DNA of 64,000 nt from Thermodesulfobacteriota bacterium (GTDB lineage Bacteria; Desulfobacterota_D; UBA1144; Nemesobacterales; UBA2774), in NCBI GenBank assembly GCA_965223335.1, contig OZ244991.1, positions 1,312,001 to 1,376,000 on the forward strand, given 5' to 3'. Of this stretch, positions 49,445 through 60,064 are shown one piece after another (the stretch's first letter is position 1; every line of letters begins with the position of its first letter). The position numbers were made by a program, and so were the translations under genes. A model generated the notes under the pieces. That model saw nothing but the letters and a program-made list of their open reading frames with translations, had not been told where the DNA came from and ran no database searches.

Positions 49445-49590
49445 GTATTATTTTTCGGTAATAATATGAAATAAAACACCTTTACAACCTAATCACAAAT
49501 CATCCAAGTATCGGTTATTAGTGTGTATTAACAATAAAATTATGTATGATTTGCTGAAAATGTCAAAAAACTGGAGAGAAGAGGTAACGT

Positions 49591-50580
49591 ATGAGAAACA
49601 GTAGATACACAACAGGCAAAATAGCACGTTTTGCGCTTTATTTGGTATTCGGATTATTGGCAATTAACGGTTATACATATGTCCGGGCATCAGGTGTGAC
49701 GGGGGAATCAAGAGATAATACTTCGGACAATGCCGCTACATTTATAGGAGATCTTATGGTTGCACAGGCCACTGGGGCCCCACCTACGTATACAGAGATT
49801 AACTTTACATCGCTTGGGGGCGAGATATTCATTAATCCTAGGTTCGTGGGCAAGATAAATGCCGTGAGGACAACCAATAGGGCTGGGGTAATGGGAGAAC
49901 GGATCGATGTGGATGTGCGCACGCTCACCGACGGTTGGAAGAGGTTCGAACTGCCCCCCTCAGAGCAGGGAGCAAGCGGTGTTATTATCTCGGGGGATGC
50001 CGGTATTATTAAAATTTCGACTCTAAGCAGTCCCAGCTCTCCTGATGCCGGGGGGATTACCCCTACCGGTGAGCTTTTGATTGAGTACGGCGGGTTGGTG
50101 ACCACTTTTTTAATACCCAGAGTATCTGTATTGGAGCCTAGCAAGTTTGAGGTAAGTCTGTTGAATTTTAATACGGACTCGCCGGTTTTGGGTCAAGTTA
50201 TAGCGCTTAAGGACGACCAGCTGGCAGCGGTGTTTGCGAATATATCAGGGGAGGTTGTGAATGACAAGGGGATGCTTAGAGTAAGCCTTAAAAACCCCAA
50301 CGGCAGCTACATAAACTCTGACCTGCCTGGGTGGGGATATAACATCATGGTCTCTGAGACCGACACGGGAAAACCGGCCGAGATTAAGGCCACTGTTTTT
50401 GGATTACCGTCAGAAGCGAGTGTGGTTTTTAACTTTAGCCCCCTCTCGGGTCAGATATTTGAGCCCGAGCGTGTAAAGATGAGTGTCACGGATATAAACA
50501 GCGGCAAAACAGTGTCTACAATAACTACGACAATCCCCGGTGCCCAGCCCCTAAGCGTCACAGCCGAGAGGGCTCAGTGA
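49591..50580 (+). CDS. Hypothetical exported protein
   Basis: Signal peptide (VRA|S), beta-strand-like composition, GAGG RBS; no family recognised. Confidence 0.72.
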   Translation: MRNSRYTTGKIARFALYLVFGLLAINGYTYVRASGVTGESRDNTSDNAATFIGDLMVAQATGAPPTYTEINFTSLGGEIFINPRFVGKINAVRTTNRAGVMGERIDVDVRTLTDGWKRFELPPSEQGASGVIISGDAGIIKISTLSSPSSPDAGGITPTGELLIEYGGLVTTFLIPRVSVLEPSKFEVSLLNFNTDSPVLGQVIALKDDQLAAVFANISGEVVNDKGMLRVSLKNPNGSYINSDLPGWGYNIMVSETDTGKPAEIKATVFGLPSEASVVFNFSPLSGQIFEPERVKMSVTDINSGKTVSTITTTIPGAQPLSVTAERAQ

Positions 50581-50604
50581 CCGGTTAATAGCTGTGATAA
50601 GGTC

Positions 50605-50633
50605 TTGCTAATTATCGGCTAATGTTTTAGAAT
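50605..50633 (+). promoter_or_regulatory. Putative sigma70 promoter of yebC-ruvCAB
   Basis: TTGCTA-N17-TAGAAT. Confidence 0.5.
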
Positions 50634-50695
50634 TTTTAATATATATAAGCCTTAATGCTACTTAGATTTAATCTTGTGTGTGAGGTGAAGTAATC

Positions 50696-51442
50696 ATGGC
50701 TGGACATTCAAAATGGGCAAATATAAAACATAGAAAAGCGGCTGTAGATGCCAAGCGGGGCAAGGTATTTACCAAACTCATAAGGGAGCTTACGGTTGCG
50801 GCCAAGCGGGGTGGGGGCGACCCTGAATCTAACCCGCGTCTAAGAACTGCGATCTCGGCTGCAAAGAACAGCAACATGCCCAACGATACCATTGACCGTG
50901 CCGTCAAACGCGGTACAGGCGAGCTCGGGGGCGATGAGCTCCAAGAGCTCTCGTACGAGGGGTACGGCCCGGGCGGCAGTGCGGTACTCATACAAGCTGT
51001 GACGGACAATAAGAACAGGACCGTGTCGGATATACGCAGAATTTTTACAAAATACGGCGGTAACCTGGGTGAGAATGGCTGTGTGGCCTGGATGTTTGAT
51101 ATGAAGGGCAGGATTGCGATAGACAAGGAAACGGTTGATGAAGATGAGCTGTTTGAGATCTGCATCGATGCGGGTGCGGATGACATAATGACCGAGGACA
51201 GCGAATTGGTTGTTGTCACACCGACCGACTCGTACGAGGATGTAAAGAGTGCGCTTGAGAATGCAGGTATCAAATATGATTCGGCTGAAGTAACCATGAT
51301 ACCTCAGAACAATGTAAAGATTGAGGGTAAGCAGGCCGAGCATATGATAAGGCTTATGGAAGCGTTGGAGGACAGTGATGACGTACAGAACGTGTACTCC
51401 AACTTTGATATACCTGAAGAGCTGATCGAAAGCATGGTATGA
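50696..51442 (+). CDS. yebC: YebC/PmpR family protein
   Basis: [38 protein letters not shown]. Confidence 0.97.
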   Translation: MAGHSKWANIKHRKAAVDAKRGKVFTKLIRELTVAAKRGGGDPESNPRLRTAISAAKNSNMPNDTIDRAVKRGTGELGGDELQELSYEGYGPGGSAVLIQAVTDNKNRTVSDIRRIFTKYGGNLGENGCVAWMFDMKGRIAIDKETVDEDELFEICIDAGADDIMTEDSELVVVTPTDSYEDVKSALENAGIKYDSAEVTMIPQNNVKIEGKQAEHMIRLMEALEDSDDVQNVYSNFDIPEELIESMV

Positions 51443-51452
51443 TAAAAACTAT

Positions 51453-52001
51453 ATGAGGGTTATTGGAATTGACCCGGGCTCTCGAGTTTGCGGTTATGGT
51501 GTGCTGGAACTTCGGGGTTCTGAAATATCTCATCTGAAAAGCGGTTGCATCAAGACTAGCAAGCAAAACCCGCTATCGCTTAAACTTAAAACCATCTATA
51601 ACGGCTTAGTCGGCGTTATGCAGGATTACTCGCCCGATGTAATGTCTATAGAGGACATATTCTTTGCTAAAAACGCCAAGAGCGCCCTTAAATTGGGTGA
51701 GGCGAGGGGGGTGGCAATCCTGGCAGCTTCCAACACCAATATCCCTGTGTTCGAATATGCTCCTACGACGGTTAAACTGGCGCTCACAGGCAGGGGTAGG
51801 GCCAATAAACTCGAGGTTAAGCAGATGATCACGCGAATGCTGGGTGTATCGGAGTGGGAGACCGAAGACGTTTCGGATGCCGTGGCTATAGCACTCTGCC
51901 ATCTTAGTGTGTCTAGGGTGGAGAAAGAACTCGGTCCTCAGTTTGTAAAAACTCGAAAAAGGAGACGTTTTAAGCTAAATGATCTCCCTCCTACGGGGTA
52001 A
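51453..52001 (+). CDS. ruvC: Holliday junction resolvase RuvC
   Basis: IGIDPG, SIED.F, GEARG, G.GRA.K, D..DAVAIALCH. Confidence 0.95.
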   Translation: MRVIGIDPGSRVCGYGVLELRGSEISHLKSGCIKTSKQNPLSLKLKTIYNGLVGVMQDYSPDVMSIEDIFFAKNAKSALKLGEARGVAILAASNTNIPVFEYAPTTVKLALTGRGRANKLEVKQMITRMLGVSEWETEDVSDAVAIALCHLSVSRVEKELGPQFVKTRKRRRFKLNDLPPTG

Positions 52002-52563
52002 TATTGTAGAGAAGGCTCTGGGGAAAGTTGTGATCGATGTGGGCGGAGTCGGGTATGATGTGACCGTGCCGCTCTCCACATACTACCGTCTGCCCGAGTT
52101 GGGCAAAGAGGCTGAGCTTAAGATCCACACGAGCATGAAGGACAGCTCCATTGAGCTCTTTGGTTTTCTCACAGAGGACGAAAAAGATATATTTAGTTTA
52201 CTTATCAGTGTGTCGGGGGTAGGGCCCAAGGGGGCTTCTAATATACTCTCGAACGTGACCCCGGGTGACCTTGTGGATGCTATTACACGAGAGGAGCTTG
52301 CAAAGAAAAAAATCCCCGGGATCGGCCCCAAGCTTGCATCCAGACTAACCAACGAGTTAAAGGATAAGGTAAAGTTGTTGGACGCCGCTTCGGAGTTGCC
52401 ACGGTCGGGCATCATAGAGGACATAGTGTCGGCACTAATTAACTTGGGGTACAAAAGAAGCGAAATCGATAAACATATTGGTGAGCTTGAAGAGATTACT
52501 AATAGCGGTGAGGATTTAGAGACGGCACTTAGAGAATCGCTTCGTGTCATGCGGAACAACTGA
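51979..52563 (+). CDS. ruvA: Holliday junction DNA-binding protein RuvA
   Basis: DVGGVGY, LFGF, VSGVGPK, IPGIGPK, ALINLGY. Confidence 0.95.
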   Translation: MISLLRGNIVEKALGKVVIDVGGVGYDVTVPLSTYYRLPELGKEAELKIHTSMKDSSIELFGFLTEDEKDIFSLLISVSGVGPKGASNILSNVTPGDLVDAITREELAKKKIPGIGPKLASRLTNELKDKVKLLDAASELPRSGIIEDIVSALINLGYKRSEIDKHIGELEEITNSGEDLETALRESLRVMRNN

Positions 52564-52592
52564 ATTTGCAGTAATGAATTATAAGGTGAATA

Positions 52593-53618
52593 ATGGCCGA
52601 AAGACTCGTAAACCCCATGATCCAAGAGCCCGATGAGGGGACCAATGATACCAACCTTCGCCCCAAGCAGCTACGGGACTATATAGGGCAGACCAAGGTA
52701 AAAGAAAAGATCGGTATATTCATAGAAGCTGCCAAGGCTAGAAAGGAATCCCTCGACCATGTGCTCTTGTACGGGCCGCCCGGGCTTGGGAAAACCACAC
52801 TTGCCCATATCGTAGCTAATGAACTGGGTGTGGGTATATATTCCACATCGGGACCGGTGATAGAGCGAGTGGGGGATCTAGCGTCTATTTTGACCAACCT
52901 AGAGGAACGTGACGTTCTGTTTATAGACGAGATACACCGCCTAAACCGTGTGGTTGAAGAGTACCTGTACTCGGCTATGGAGGACTATAAGATCGATATA
53001 ATGATCGGAGAGGGCCCCACGGCCAAGTCGATGAAGGTAAGTGTAAAAAAGTTTACACTCGTCGGTGCTACTACCCGTACCGGTTTGCTTACCTCACCGC
53101 TACGGTCCAGGTTCGGTGTCGATCTGCGACTCGACTACTACACTTCGGACGAGATCCGTGGTATTGTCGAGCGCTCGGCAAAGATACTGGATGTTGATAT
53201 CAAGAAAGAGGGAGCGTTAGAGATATCCAGGCGCGCACGTGGGACGCCGAGAGTCGCCAATAGGCTCTTAAAACGGGTAAGGGACTATGCAGAGGTCAAG
53301 GCCGATGGTGTGATCAATTCGGATGTGGCCCGGGATGCACTCAAAATGCTCGAGATTGATACCCTGGGTCTAGACAATCTCGACAGAGCCATTCTACACA
53401 CCATAGTAGAAAAGTTTCAAGGCGGGCCAGTGGGCATCGATACTCTTGCCGCAGCTGTAAGCGAGGATAAAGAGACACTTGAGTTTGTGTACGAACCCTA
53501 TCTGCTGAGAGAGGGGCTCTTATCAAAAACACCCAGGGGTAGGACCGCCACCCAGCTTACATATTCACATCTCAATATAGAGATCCCCAGGTCTCAAAAA
53601 GGTCTATTCGACGGCTAA
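52593..53618 (+). CDS. ruvB: Holliday junction branch-migration ATPase RuvB
   Basis: [38 protein letters not shown]. Confidence 0.98.
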   Translation: MAERLVNPMIQEPDEGTNDTNLRPKQLRDYIGQTKVKEKIGIFIEAAKARKESLDHVLLYGPPGLGKTTLAHIVANELGVGIYSTSGPVIERVGDLASILTNLEERDVLFIDEIHRLNRVVEEYLYSAMEDYKIDIMIGEGPTAKSMKVSVKKFTLVGATTRTGLLTSPLRSRFGVDLRLDYYTSDEIRGIVERSAKILDVDIKKEGALEISRRARGTPRVANRLLKRVRDYAEVKADGVINSDVARDALKMLEIDTLGLDNLDRAILHTIVEKFQGGPVGIDTLAAAVSEDKETLEFVYEPYLLREGLLSKTPRGRTATQLTYSHLNIEIPRSQKGLFDG

Positions 53619-53622
53619 CGCG

Positions 53623-54075
53623 CTATTGCTTCTCTAAAGGGAGCTCTCGCATGAACTCATCCCAGTGGGCCTCTGTGATCTTATCTATCTCTTTTCGAGG
53701 GGTTTTGTACCCTTCGGCGTCGGGGAACAGTTTCTTGTACACATCGTCACGAACCTCAAGCCATTTGTCTATGGCCTCGTAGTTGGGAAATTTAACAACA
53801 GTCTTATATGTCCAAAGCGGTTTAGCGGTGTGTATGCGCTGCGAGTAGATCTTGTAGTCATCTATGATAATACCCCTGCGTTTCATCTCTTGCCAAAATG
53901 GGTAAAGGTTCTCTCTATAGACCTGCATGAACTTCTCTTTATTCTCAGGGGCGACTACATAAAAACTTTCTTCGATCACTGCCTTGTACCTGTTTTCATC
54001 GGCAAATGAGACCCCTCCATATATAGTCGTAAACGAGATGATTAATAGTATTAGATAAGTAAATATTCCGTTCAT
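53623..54075 (-). CDS. Hypothetical exported protein
   Basis: GGAGG RBS before ATG 54075; signal peptide SFA|DE. Confidence 0.7.
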   Translation of the reverse strand: MNGIFTYLILLIISFTTIYGGVSFADENRYKAVIEESFYVVAPENKEKFMQVYRENLYPFWQEMKRRGIIIDDYKIYSQRIHTAKPLWTYKTVVKFPNYEAIDKWLEVRDDVYKKLFPDAEGYKTPRKEIDKITEAHWDEFMRELPLEKQ

Positions 54076-54334
54076 GGCTGACCTCCGTTGATTTGATTGG
54101 GATTTTATGAACAGCATAATATAATAGCACTTAATAGCAGGAATTTTTAGCAAATTCCGCTTGAACAGAGAAATATAATCAATTGCACTATTAAATGATA
54201 TTTTGATTTGATTTTAGGCGCTAAGTATGTAAAACTTAAAGCATATTAGTAATAACAATTCTCTTTGCATGTGTCAGGCACATTGATTCCAGTATCAGTT
54301 ATAACCCAAAATACTTTTAACAAGGTTACCATAT

Positions 54335-55099
54335 ATGACTAATCTATTGTTGTACGCACTCCAGTCTGTGGGGGCAGTGACGGGGAACCAGGTAAAGGTG
54401 CTCGGGATAGTAAGCGAGGCCGGCCCTGTTGTAAAGCTAGTGCTCGTAGTACTGCTTGTTATGTCGGTGGTATCCTGGGCGATAATTTTTTCTAAATACC
54501 TGGTGCTGAGGACTGCATCTAAGCAGTCGGAGAAGTTTTTGGACCTCTACCAGACCAGCGGCAATTTCGGCAACTTGTATAACTCAACTAAGCATATCGG
54601 AGGGCCGTTGGCTGAGCTCTTTCGGGCGGGTTACTCAGAGGTTTTAAAAATAAGAAGGTCGAGGTCGGGGGGTGCTAAACAAGCTGATGAATCCGGGAAG
54701 GCAGGTGAAACTGTGATTGCGGAGTTGGGGGTTGTGGAGCTTGTGGAGCGTGCTCTAAAGAGGACAATGTCGTCCGAGGTATCACGCCTTGAGCGCTCGT
54801 TGATATTTCTTGCTACAACGGGCAGCACCGCACCCTTCATAGGGCTGTTTGGAACTGTCTGGGGTATAATGACCTCGTTTATAGGGCTTGCGGGCAGCGC
54901 GGGTGTGCCCACACTGCAGGCTGTGGCACCAGGGATTGCCGAGGCACTGATCGCAACCGCTATCGGACTCGTAGCAGCTATCCCGGCAGTGGTTGCATAT
55001 AACTATTTTATCAGTAGGGTAAAAAGGATAGATGTGGAGATGGATAACTTCGCATCAGAGTTTCTTAATATTGTAGAACGCTATATAAAGCAGGTTTAG
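54335..55099 (+). CDS. tolQ: TolQ (MotA/TolQ/ExbB family)
   Basis: LATTGSTAPFIGLFGTVWGIM, VAPGIAEALIATAIGL..AIPAV. Confidence 0.93.
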   Translation: MTNLLLYALQSVGAVTGNQVKVLGIVSEAGPVVKLVLVVLLVMSVVSWAIIFSKYLVLRTASKQSEKFLDLYQTSGNFGNLYNSTKHIGGPLAELFRAGYSEVLKIRRSRSGGAKQADESGKAGETVIAELGVVELVERALKRTMSSEVSRLERSLIFLATTGSTAPFIGLFGTVWGIMTSFIGLAGSAGVPTLQAVAPGIAEALIATAIGLVAAIPAVVAYNYFISRVKRIDVEMDNFASEFLNIVERYIKQV

Positions 55100-55108
55100 G
55101 GCAACGCT

Positions 55109-55549
55109 ATGGGAATGAACACTGACAGCGGTAACGGCGGGCGGGCTGTCCTCTCTGAGATTAATGTAACCCCGTTTGTGGATGTAATGCTAGTGCTGCT
55201 TGTGATATTTATGGTCACAGCTCCTATCCTTTACCAGGGTGTGGATGTAAATCTGCCTAAAACGGAGTCGAAACCCATGCCCGCTGCGGAGAGGGAGCAG
55301 AACCTTGTTCTCACTGTAAACTCAAACGGTGAGATATTTATAGAGAAAGATAAATACACGATGACCCAGTTAAAAAGGAAGATCAGAAGTGCTATTGCTG
55401 CAAAAGGCGGCGACCCTAACAAAGAAGATGTATTCCTAAGAGCTGATACGAGTGTGCCCTATGGGACTGTGATAGAGATTATGTCCGAGTTGCAGCAAGA
55501 GGGCATATACAAAATAGGGCTAATTACAGAACCGTCTTCAGACAAATAG
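55109..55549 (+). CDS. tolR: TolR (ExbD family)
   Basis: EINVTPFVDVMLVLLVIFMVTAP, LRAD..V.YG. Confidence 0.93.
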   Translation: MGMNTDSGNGGRAVLSEINVTPFVDVMLVLLVIFMVTAPILYQGVDVNLPKTESKPMPAAEREQNLVLTVNSNGEIFIEKDKYTMTQLKRKIRSAIAAKGGDPNKEDVFLRADTSVPYGTVIEIMSELQQEGIYKIGLITEPSSDK

Positions 55550-55552
55550 ACG

Positions 55553-56659
55553 GTGCGAACCATGAAGGACAAAAACGATAAATCAAAAGGCAGTTCGTTT
55601 TGGGCTATGGTTTTTTCCATTGGCCTGCACGCCGGGCTTATTCTCCTCATACTATACTGGGGATTCGGGCCCAAAAAGGATGTGAAGGCTCCCCGGACCA
55701 TGGAGGTTGCCATCTCGGGTATCGAGCCCAAGGGTAGTGAAACCGCCACGGCCAAGGACACTAGGCAAAGCAAACCAAAGCCTCCGCCTAAAAAGCCCGA
55801 GGTTAAAAAAACTGAGCCTAAAACCGCAAAGAAAGAACCCGAGAAACCAAAAGAGGTAGAAGAGGTCAAACCTAAACCCCCTCCTCCGCCTCCCCCACCT
55901 CCTCCGGAAAAAAAAGAGGAGCCCGAGAAGGTAGAGAAAAAAGAGCCGGAACCACCTAAAAAAGAGCCCGAGAAAAAAGAGGTCTTACCCCTAGAGCCGG
56001 AAAAGAAGGAAGAACCTAAAAAAGTAGAGAAGAAAGAAGAGAAAAAACCCGAAAAGAAAAAAGAGGAAAAGAAGGTCGAGAAAAAGCCCACGCCCACAAA
56101 ACCGCCCGAGAAAACTGCAAAGTCCGAAGATAAGTCGAGTGATATGAAAGATGTGATACGTGATATTGAGAAGCGTAAGTTCTTAAAAGACCTTGAAGAG
56201 GATTTAGGTAAAGGAGAAGAGGTCGAGCTTGAGGAAACACCGATAGAGGACGACGGGGTCATAGGGGAGAGGGACCTTGCTATGGCAGACTCCCAGGATG
56301 ACGAACCTGGGGAGCCTGCGGGCGTGAGCTCGGGCTCAAAACAGGGCAGTGGGGCTGCGAGCCCGGTTATAATCCGTTTGTATACGGAAAAGATTCACCA
56401 GAAAATAAGCAGAAACTGGACAATCCCTCCCAGCGTGCCCACAGAAGAGAACCTGGAGTCGCTCATATTCTTTAAAATAGATGAGAGCGGCAAGGTCTAT
56501 GATGTTAAAGTTAACGAGTCGTCAGGCAACAAAGCCTTTGATGATTTTTGCGTGAGAGCAATTTACAAATCCGCTCCCCTGCCTCCGCCCCCGCAAGAGC
56601 TGGTTACGGAAGCCAAAAATAATGGTATTGTTGTGCCGTTTCGAAATGAACCTTACTAG
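55553..56659 (+). CDS. tolA: TolA/TonB-like energy transducer
   Basis: TM with S...H motif (SIGLH), long Lys/Glu/Pro linker, C-terminal domain (I..NW, SSGN.AFD...RAI...APLP). Confidence 0.85.
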   Translation: MRTMKDKNDKSKGSSFWAMVFSIGLHAGLILLILYWGFGPKKDVKAPRTMEVAISGIEPKGSETATAKDTRQSKPKPPPKKPEVKKTEPKTAKKEPEKPKEVEEVKPKPPPPPPPPPPEKKEEPEKVEKKEPEPPKKEPEKKEVLPLEPEKKEEPKKVEKKEEKKPEKKKEEKKVEKKPTPTKPPEKTAKSEDKSSDMKDVIRDIEKRKFLKDLEEDLGKGEEVELEETPIEDDGVIGERDLAMADSQDDEPGEPAGVSSGSKQGSGAASPVIIRLYTEKIHQKISRNWTIPPSVPTEENLESLIFFKIDESGKVYDVKVNESSGNKAFDDFCVRAIYKSAPLPPPPQELVTEAKNNGIVVPFRNEPY

Positions 56660-56670
56660 GTAGATACACA

Positions 56671-57291
56671 ATGAAACTTATACTAGTGCGCCACGGCCAA
56701 ACCGACTGGAATCGAGACGGCAGATGCCAGGGTGTGGCCGATATAGAGCTAAACGATTTTGGCAGGCTACAGATCGAAGAGTTGGCACTATCGCTTAGGC
56801 ATGAGGAGATCGTGGCCGTATACTCGAGTGATTTGATCAGGGCCAGGGATACTGCCGTGGAGATTGCGAGACACCACGAGCTAGAGGTTAAGATTGATCC
56901 GGATATTAGAGAGATGGACCAGGGGGAGTTAGAGGGTTTAATGTTTGACGAGATAAGAGAGAGATACGCTCATGTGCTCGAGGAATGGAGGGAAAGCCCC
57001 GAGACCCTAAGACTCCCGAAAGGGGAATCTTTGGTAGAGGTGCAGGCTAGAGCGTGGAGAGCTTTTCAGGCTCTTCAATCCCGACATATGGGAGAGACTG
57101 TAGTGGCTGTGAGTCATAACCTCACGATTATGACACTGCTATGCAAGATAAGTGGTGACGGATTGGGGAGTTTTCGAAAATACAATATGGATGCCGCTTC
57201 TAAGCACACGGTTCTTTGTAGTAACCGTGGGTTATCTATTGAGGTTTTTAACGACGTTTCGCATCTAAACTCTCTTTCCACGAATACTTAA
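56671..57291 (+). CDS. Histidine phosphatase (phosphoglycerate mutase-like) family protein
   Basis: LVRHGQTDWN, SSDL.RA..TA, E...GE.EG, GES, VSH. Confidence 0.9.
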   Translation: MKLILVRHGQTDWNRDGRCQGVADIELNDFGRLQIEELALSLRHEEIVAVYSSDLIRARDTAVEIARHHELEVKIDPDIREMDQGELEGLMFDEIRERYAHVLEEWRESPETLRLPKGESLVEVQARAWRAFQALQSRHMGETVVAVSHNLTIMTLLCKISGDGLGSFRKYNMDAASKHTVLCSNRGLSIEVFNDVSHLNSLSTNT

Positions 57292-57371
57292 AACCCGCTT
57301 GTAATACCTATCAATAAACATGCGTACTGTCCTTGTATGTTGTTTTTACATGTGGTGTAATTCTCGGTGAT

Positions 57372-59036
57372 ATGAAAGAAGATATAGAGAGAGTAGTCAG
57401 GGCATCGGTAGACCAAATCTTAAAAGAAAACAGTATCACGGACCTTGATCTGCTGATAGAGGTAGGGATCCCTAAGAATAAGGATTTTGGGGATTTCTCA
57501 GTCAATACAGCCATGGTATTGGCAAAGGTCTTGGGTAAAAAACCGCGCGACATTGCAGAGCTCATAATCAATAACCTGCCGGAGGAACACGAAACACTTT
57601 TCAACAAGGTAGAGATTGCAGGGGCGGGATTCGTAAACTTTTATGTGAAAGAAGGGGCTGTGGTTGAGAAGCTCCTTGAGATCGACAGATTGGGCGGGGA
57701 CTTTGGACGGGTGGACATAGGGCAGGGTGAGAAGGTGTTGGTAGAGTTTGTGAGCGCCAACCCGACGGGCTACCTGCACATGGGGCATGCTCGTAATGCG
57801 GTGGTGGGTGATACGATTGCAAACATACTTAGTCACTCGGGATATGATGTAACCAGGGAGTTCTATATAAACGATGCGGGCCGCCAGGTGGAGATGCTCG
57901 GGCGATCTGTGTATGCGCGCTATCTGGAGCTATGTGGCCAGCAGGCCGAGCTGCCAGAGGACGGCTATAAGGGTGATTATGTAGTGGAGATAGCCCGGGA
58001 ACTTAAGGAGCAGGACGGGGATAAATACTTAACTAAAACTGAGCACTACACGCTTAGCTATTTTACCCAATATGCAAAGACAAGACTTATTGGTGAAATC
58101 ACGGCGGATTTGGACTCGATCGGCGTTAAGTTCGATAACTGGTACAGCGAGAGCGAGAATCTTCATCGAGGGGACCAAAACAAGATCGATGAGATCAAAA
58201 GGGAGCTGGATAAAAGAGGGGTTCTGGAAGAAAAAGAGGGGGCGTTGTGGTTTAAGGCAACTGATTTCGGGGATACTCAAGACTGGGTAGTTATAAAGAG
58301 TGACGGCTCGCCCACATATTTCCTCGCAGATATTGCGTACCACTATGATAAGTATGTTAGGGGATACGAGCGTTTGATAAACGTGTGGGGTGCGGACCAT
58401 CACAGCCACATTGCACGTTTGCGTGCGGCACTCCGTGCCTTGGGTTACGGGGAACAGGGGTTTGATGTTTTACTGATCCAGTTCGTGCGATTGGTAAGCG
58501 GCGGGCAGGAGGTAGCAATGTCGAAAAGGTCAGGGAGCTATGTTACGATGCGTGATGTTGTGGGGGAGGTAGGCCCCGATGTGCTGCGCTTTTTTATGCT
58601 GATGAGGAGTTCCGACACCCACCTGGATTTTGATATAGAGCTGGCCAAACAGGAATCAAATGAGAACCCGGTTTTCTATATTCAGTACGCCCATGCGAGG
58701 ATAGAGAGTGTGCTTAGAAAAGCTAAGGAGGAGGGTAGTGAGAGAGCGCCGGACCACTTAGATCTGCTCACAGCACCCGAGGAGTTGAGCATTATAAAAA
58801 AATTGCTGCAATTCCCTGAGGCTATAGGGGACAGTGCTCAAACCTTGGCCCCGCATAAGGTAGTTTATTATTTGGGGGAACTGGCCTCGGAATTCCATAA
58901 CTATTATAATAAATATAGAGTGCTTGTGGATGATGACGAGTTATCGTCTGCGAGGCTTTATTTGATTATTTGTATACAAACAGTTTTTAGAAACGGACTC
59001 AAACTACTCGGAATAGATGCCCCAGAGAGGATGTGA
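57372..59036 (+). CDS. argS: Arginine--tRNA ligase
   Basis: EFVSANPTG.LHMGH, GADH, MSKR.G, NPVFYIQYAHAR, C-terminal APERM. Confidence 0.97.
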   Translation: MKEDIERVVRASVDQILKENSITDLDLLIEVGIPKNKDFGDFSVNTAMVLAKVLGKKPRDIAELIINNLPEEHETLFNKVEIAGAGFVNFYVKEGAVVEKLLEIDRLGGDFGRVDIGQGEKVLVEFVSANPTGYLHMGHARNAVVGDTIANILSHSGYDVTREFYINDAGRQVEMLGRSVYARYLELCGQQAELPEDGYKGDYVVEIARELKEQDGDKYLTKTEHYTLSYFTQYAKTRLIGEITADLDSIGVKFDNWYSESENLHRGDQNKIDEIKRELDKRGVLEEKEGALWFKATDFGDTQDWVVIKSDGSPTYFLADIAYHYDKYVRGYERLINVWGADHHSHIARLRAALRALGYGEQGFDVLLIQFVRLVSGGQEVAMSKRSGSYVTMRDVVGEVGPDVLRFFMLMRSSDTHLDFDIELAKQESNENPVFYIQYAHARIESVLRKAKEEGSERAPDHLDLLTAPEELSIIKKLLQFPEAIGDSAQTLAPHKVVYYLGELASEFHNYYNKYRVLVDDDELSSARLYLIICIQTVFRNGLKLLGIDAPERM

Positions 59037-60025
59037 ACATGACCAAGCAGCGAAGGACCTCGAACTCAAAGCTCATAATGTTGTTTGTATCGTTTTTTGT
59101 GTTATTTGTATTGGTGTTTAGCCTGGGGGTTATAGTCGGTAAAGGCCTTAGCACCGATCCCAATTTGCTCGCGCGTAAAGATCAAAGTAGCTCCATTAAC
59201 AAAAGCTCCGCCAAATCTAGGCAGAGCCCCAAAGACTCAAGCACTAAGGTGATAAAACCGACTGAGAAACCACATGTCACCGACACAGAAGCGGGCAGTT
59301 CTGAAGAATCTGCGGGTAGCCCTACACCCAAGCCGAATACGGAACAAAAGGAAAAAGTTACCAAACAGGACTCAGATTCAAAAAATGAGCCTAAGCCAAA
59401 ACCCACACCTTCACTAACCACAGACTCTCAGTTTGCAGCCAGAACCCCAAGCCCGGCCGATCTTACTACTCTGCGCAAAACCGAGCCCAAACCTACTCCC
59501 ACCGCTAAAACCGAAGCCACTGAGGACAAAAAGACACCGAAGGATATTACTGCTGAAAAGACCGAGGACAGTATGCGAGGTGTAGTGGACGAGATTGAGA
59601 ATAAACTCAAGGCTGAGAAAACTGAAACAGAGTCAAGCGTCGCCAAGGCTAATGACGACAGTTCTGATCAAAATACTCTAACGCCCGATGAAGGTGTCAG
59701 TACAGATCTGAGTAAGGGTGATAAAACTCAGGAGGGAACCGAAATAGTGGAGACCGAACTCTTCCCCCCACCCACCAGCTCGGGTAAATACACCGTCCAG
59801 ATCGGTTCGTTTCAAAAGGAGTCTGAAGCAATTAAGTTTGCCAAGATGCTTAACTCTAAGGGATACCCGGTATTCATAAAGCCTATGACGACCGAGGACA
59901 ATAAAACCTGGCATAGGGTGCGAGTGGGGACCTTTAATGATATTGAGGCCGCCCGGCTCTATGGAGATAATATGAAAGCTAAGGAAAAAGAGGTGAACCT
60001 TATATTTATTACGCTGAACAATTAG
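59033..60025 (+). CDS. SPOR-domain protein (FtsN/DedD-like)
   Basis: N-terminal TM, long disordered linker, YTVQIGSF...WHRVRVG. Confidence 0.88.
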   Translation: MNMTKQRRTSNSKLIMLFVSFFVLFVLVFSLGVIVGKGLSTDPNLLARKDQSSSINKSSAKSRQSPKDSSTKVIKPTEKPHVTDTEAGSSEESAGSPTPKPNTEQKEKVTKQDSDSKNEPKPKPTPSLTTDSQFAARTPSPADLTTLRKTEPKPTPTAKTEATEDKKTPKDITAEKTEDSMRGVVDEIENKLKAEKTETESSVAKANDDSSDQNTLTPDEGVSTDLSKGDKTQEGTEIVETELFPPPTSSGKYTVQIGSFQKESEAIKFAKMLNSKGYPVFIKPMTTEDNKTWHRVRVGTFNDIEAARLYGDNMKAKEKEVNLIFITLNN

Positions 60026-60064
60026 TACTACACCGGTTATAATAATAAAAATGAGGCTTTTGGT

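Noticed and set aside
55760..56110. Repetitive A/G-rich DNA in tolA and the 267-aa antisense ORF
   Set aside because: Explained by Lys/Glu/Pro low-complexity coding; not a DNA repeat array or a real antisense gene.
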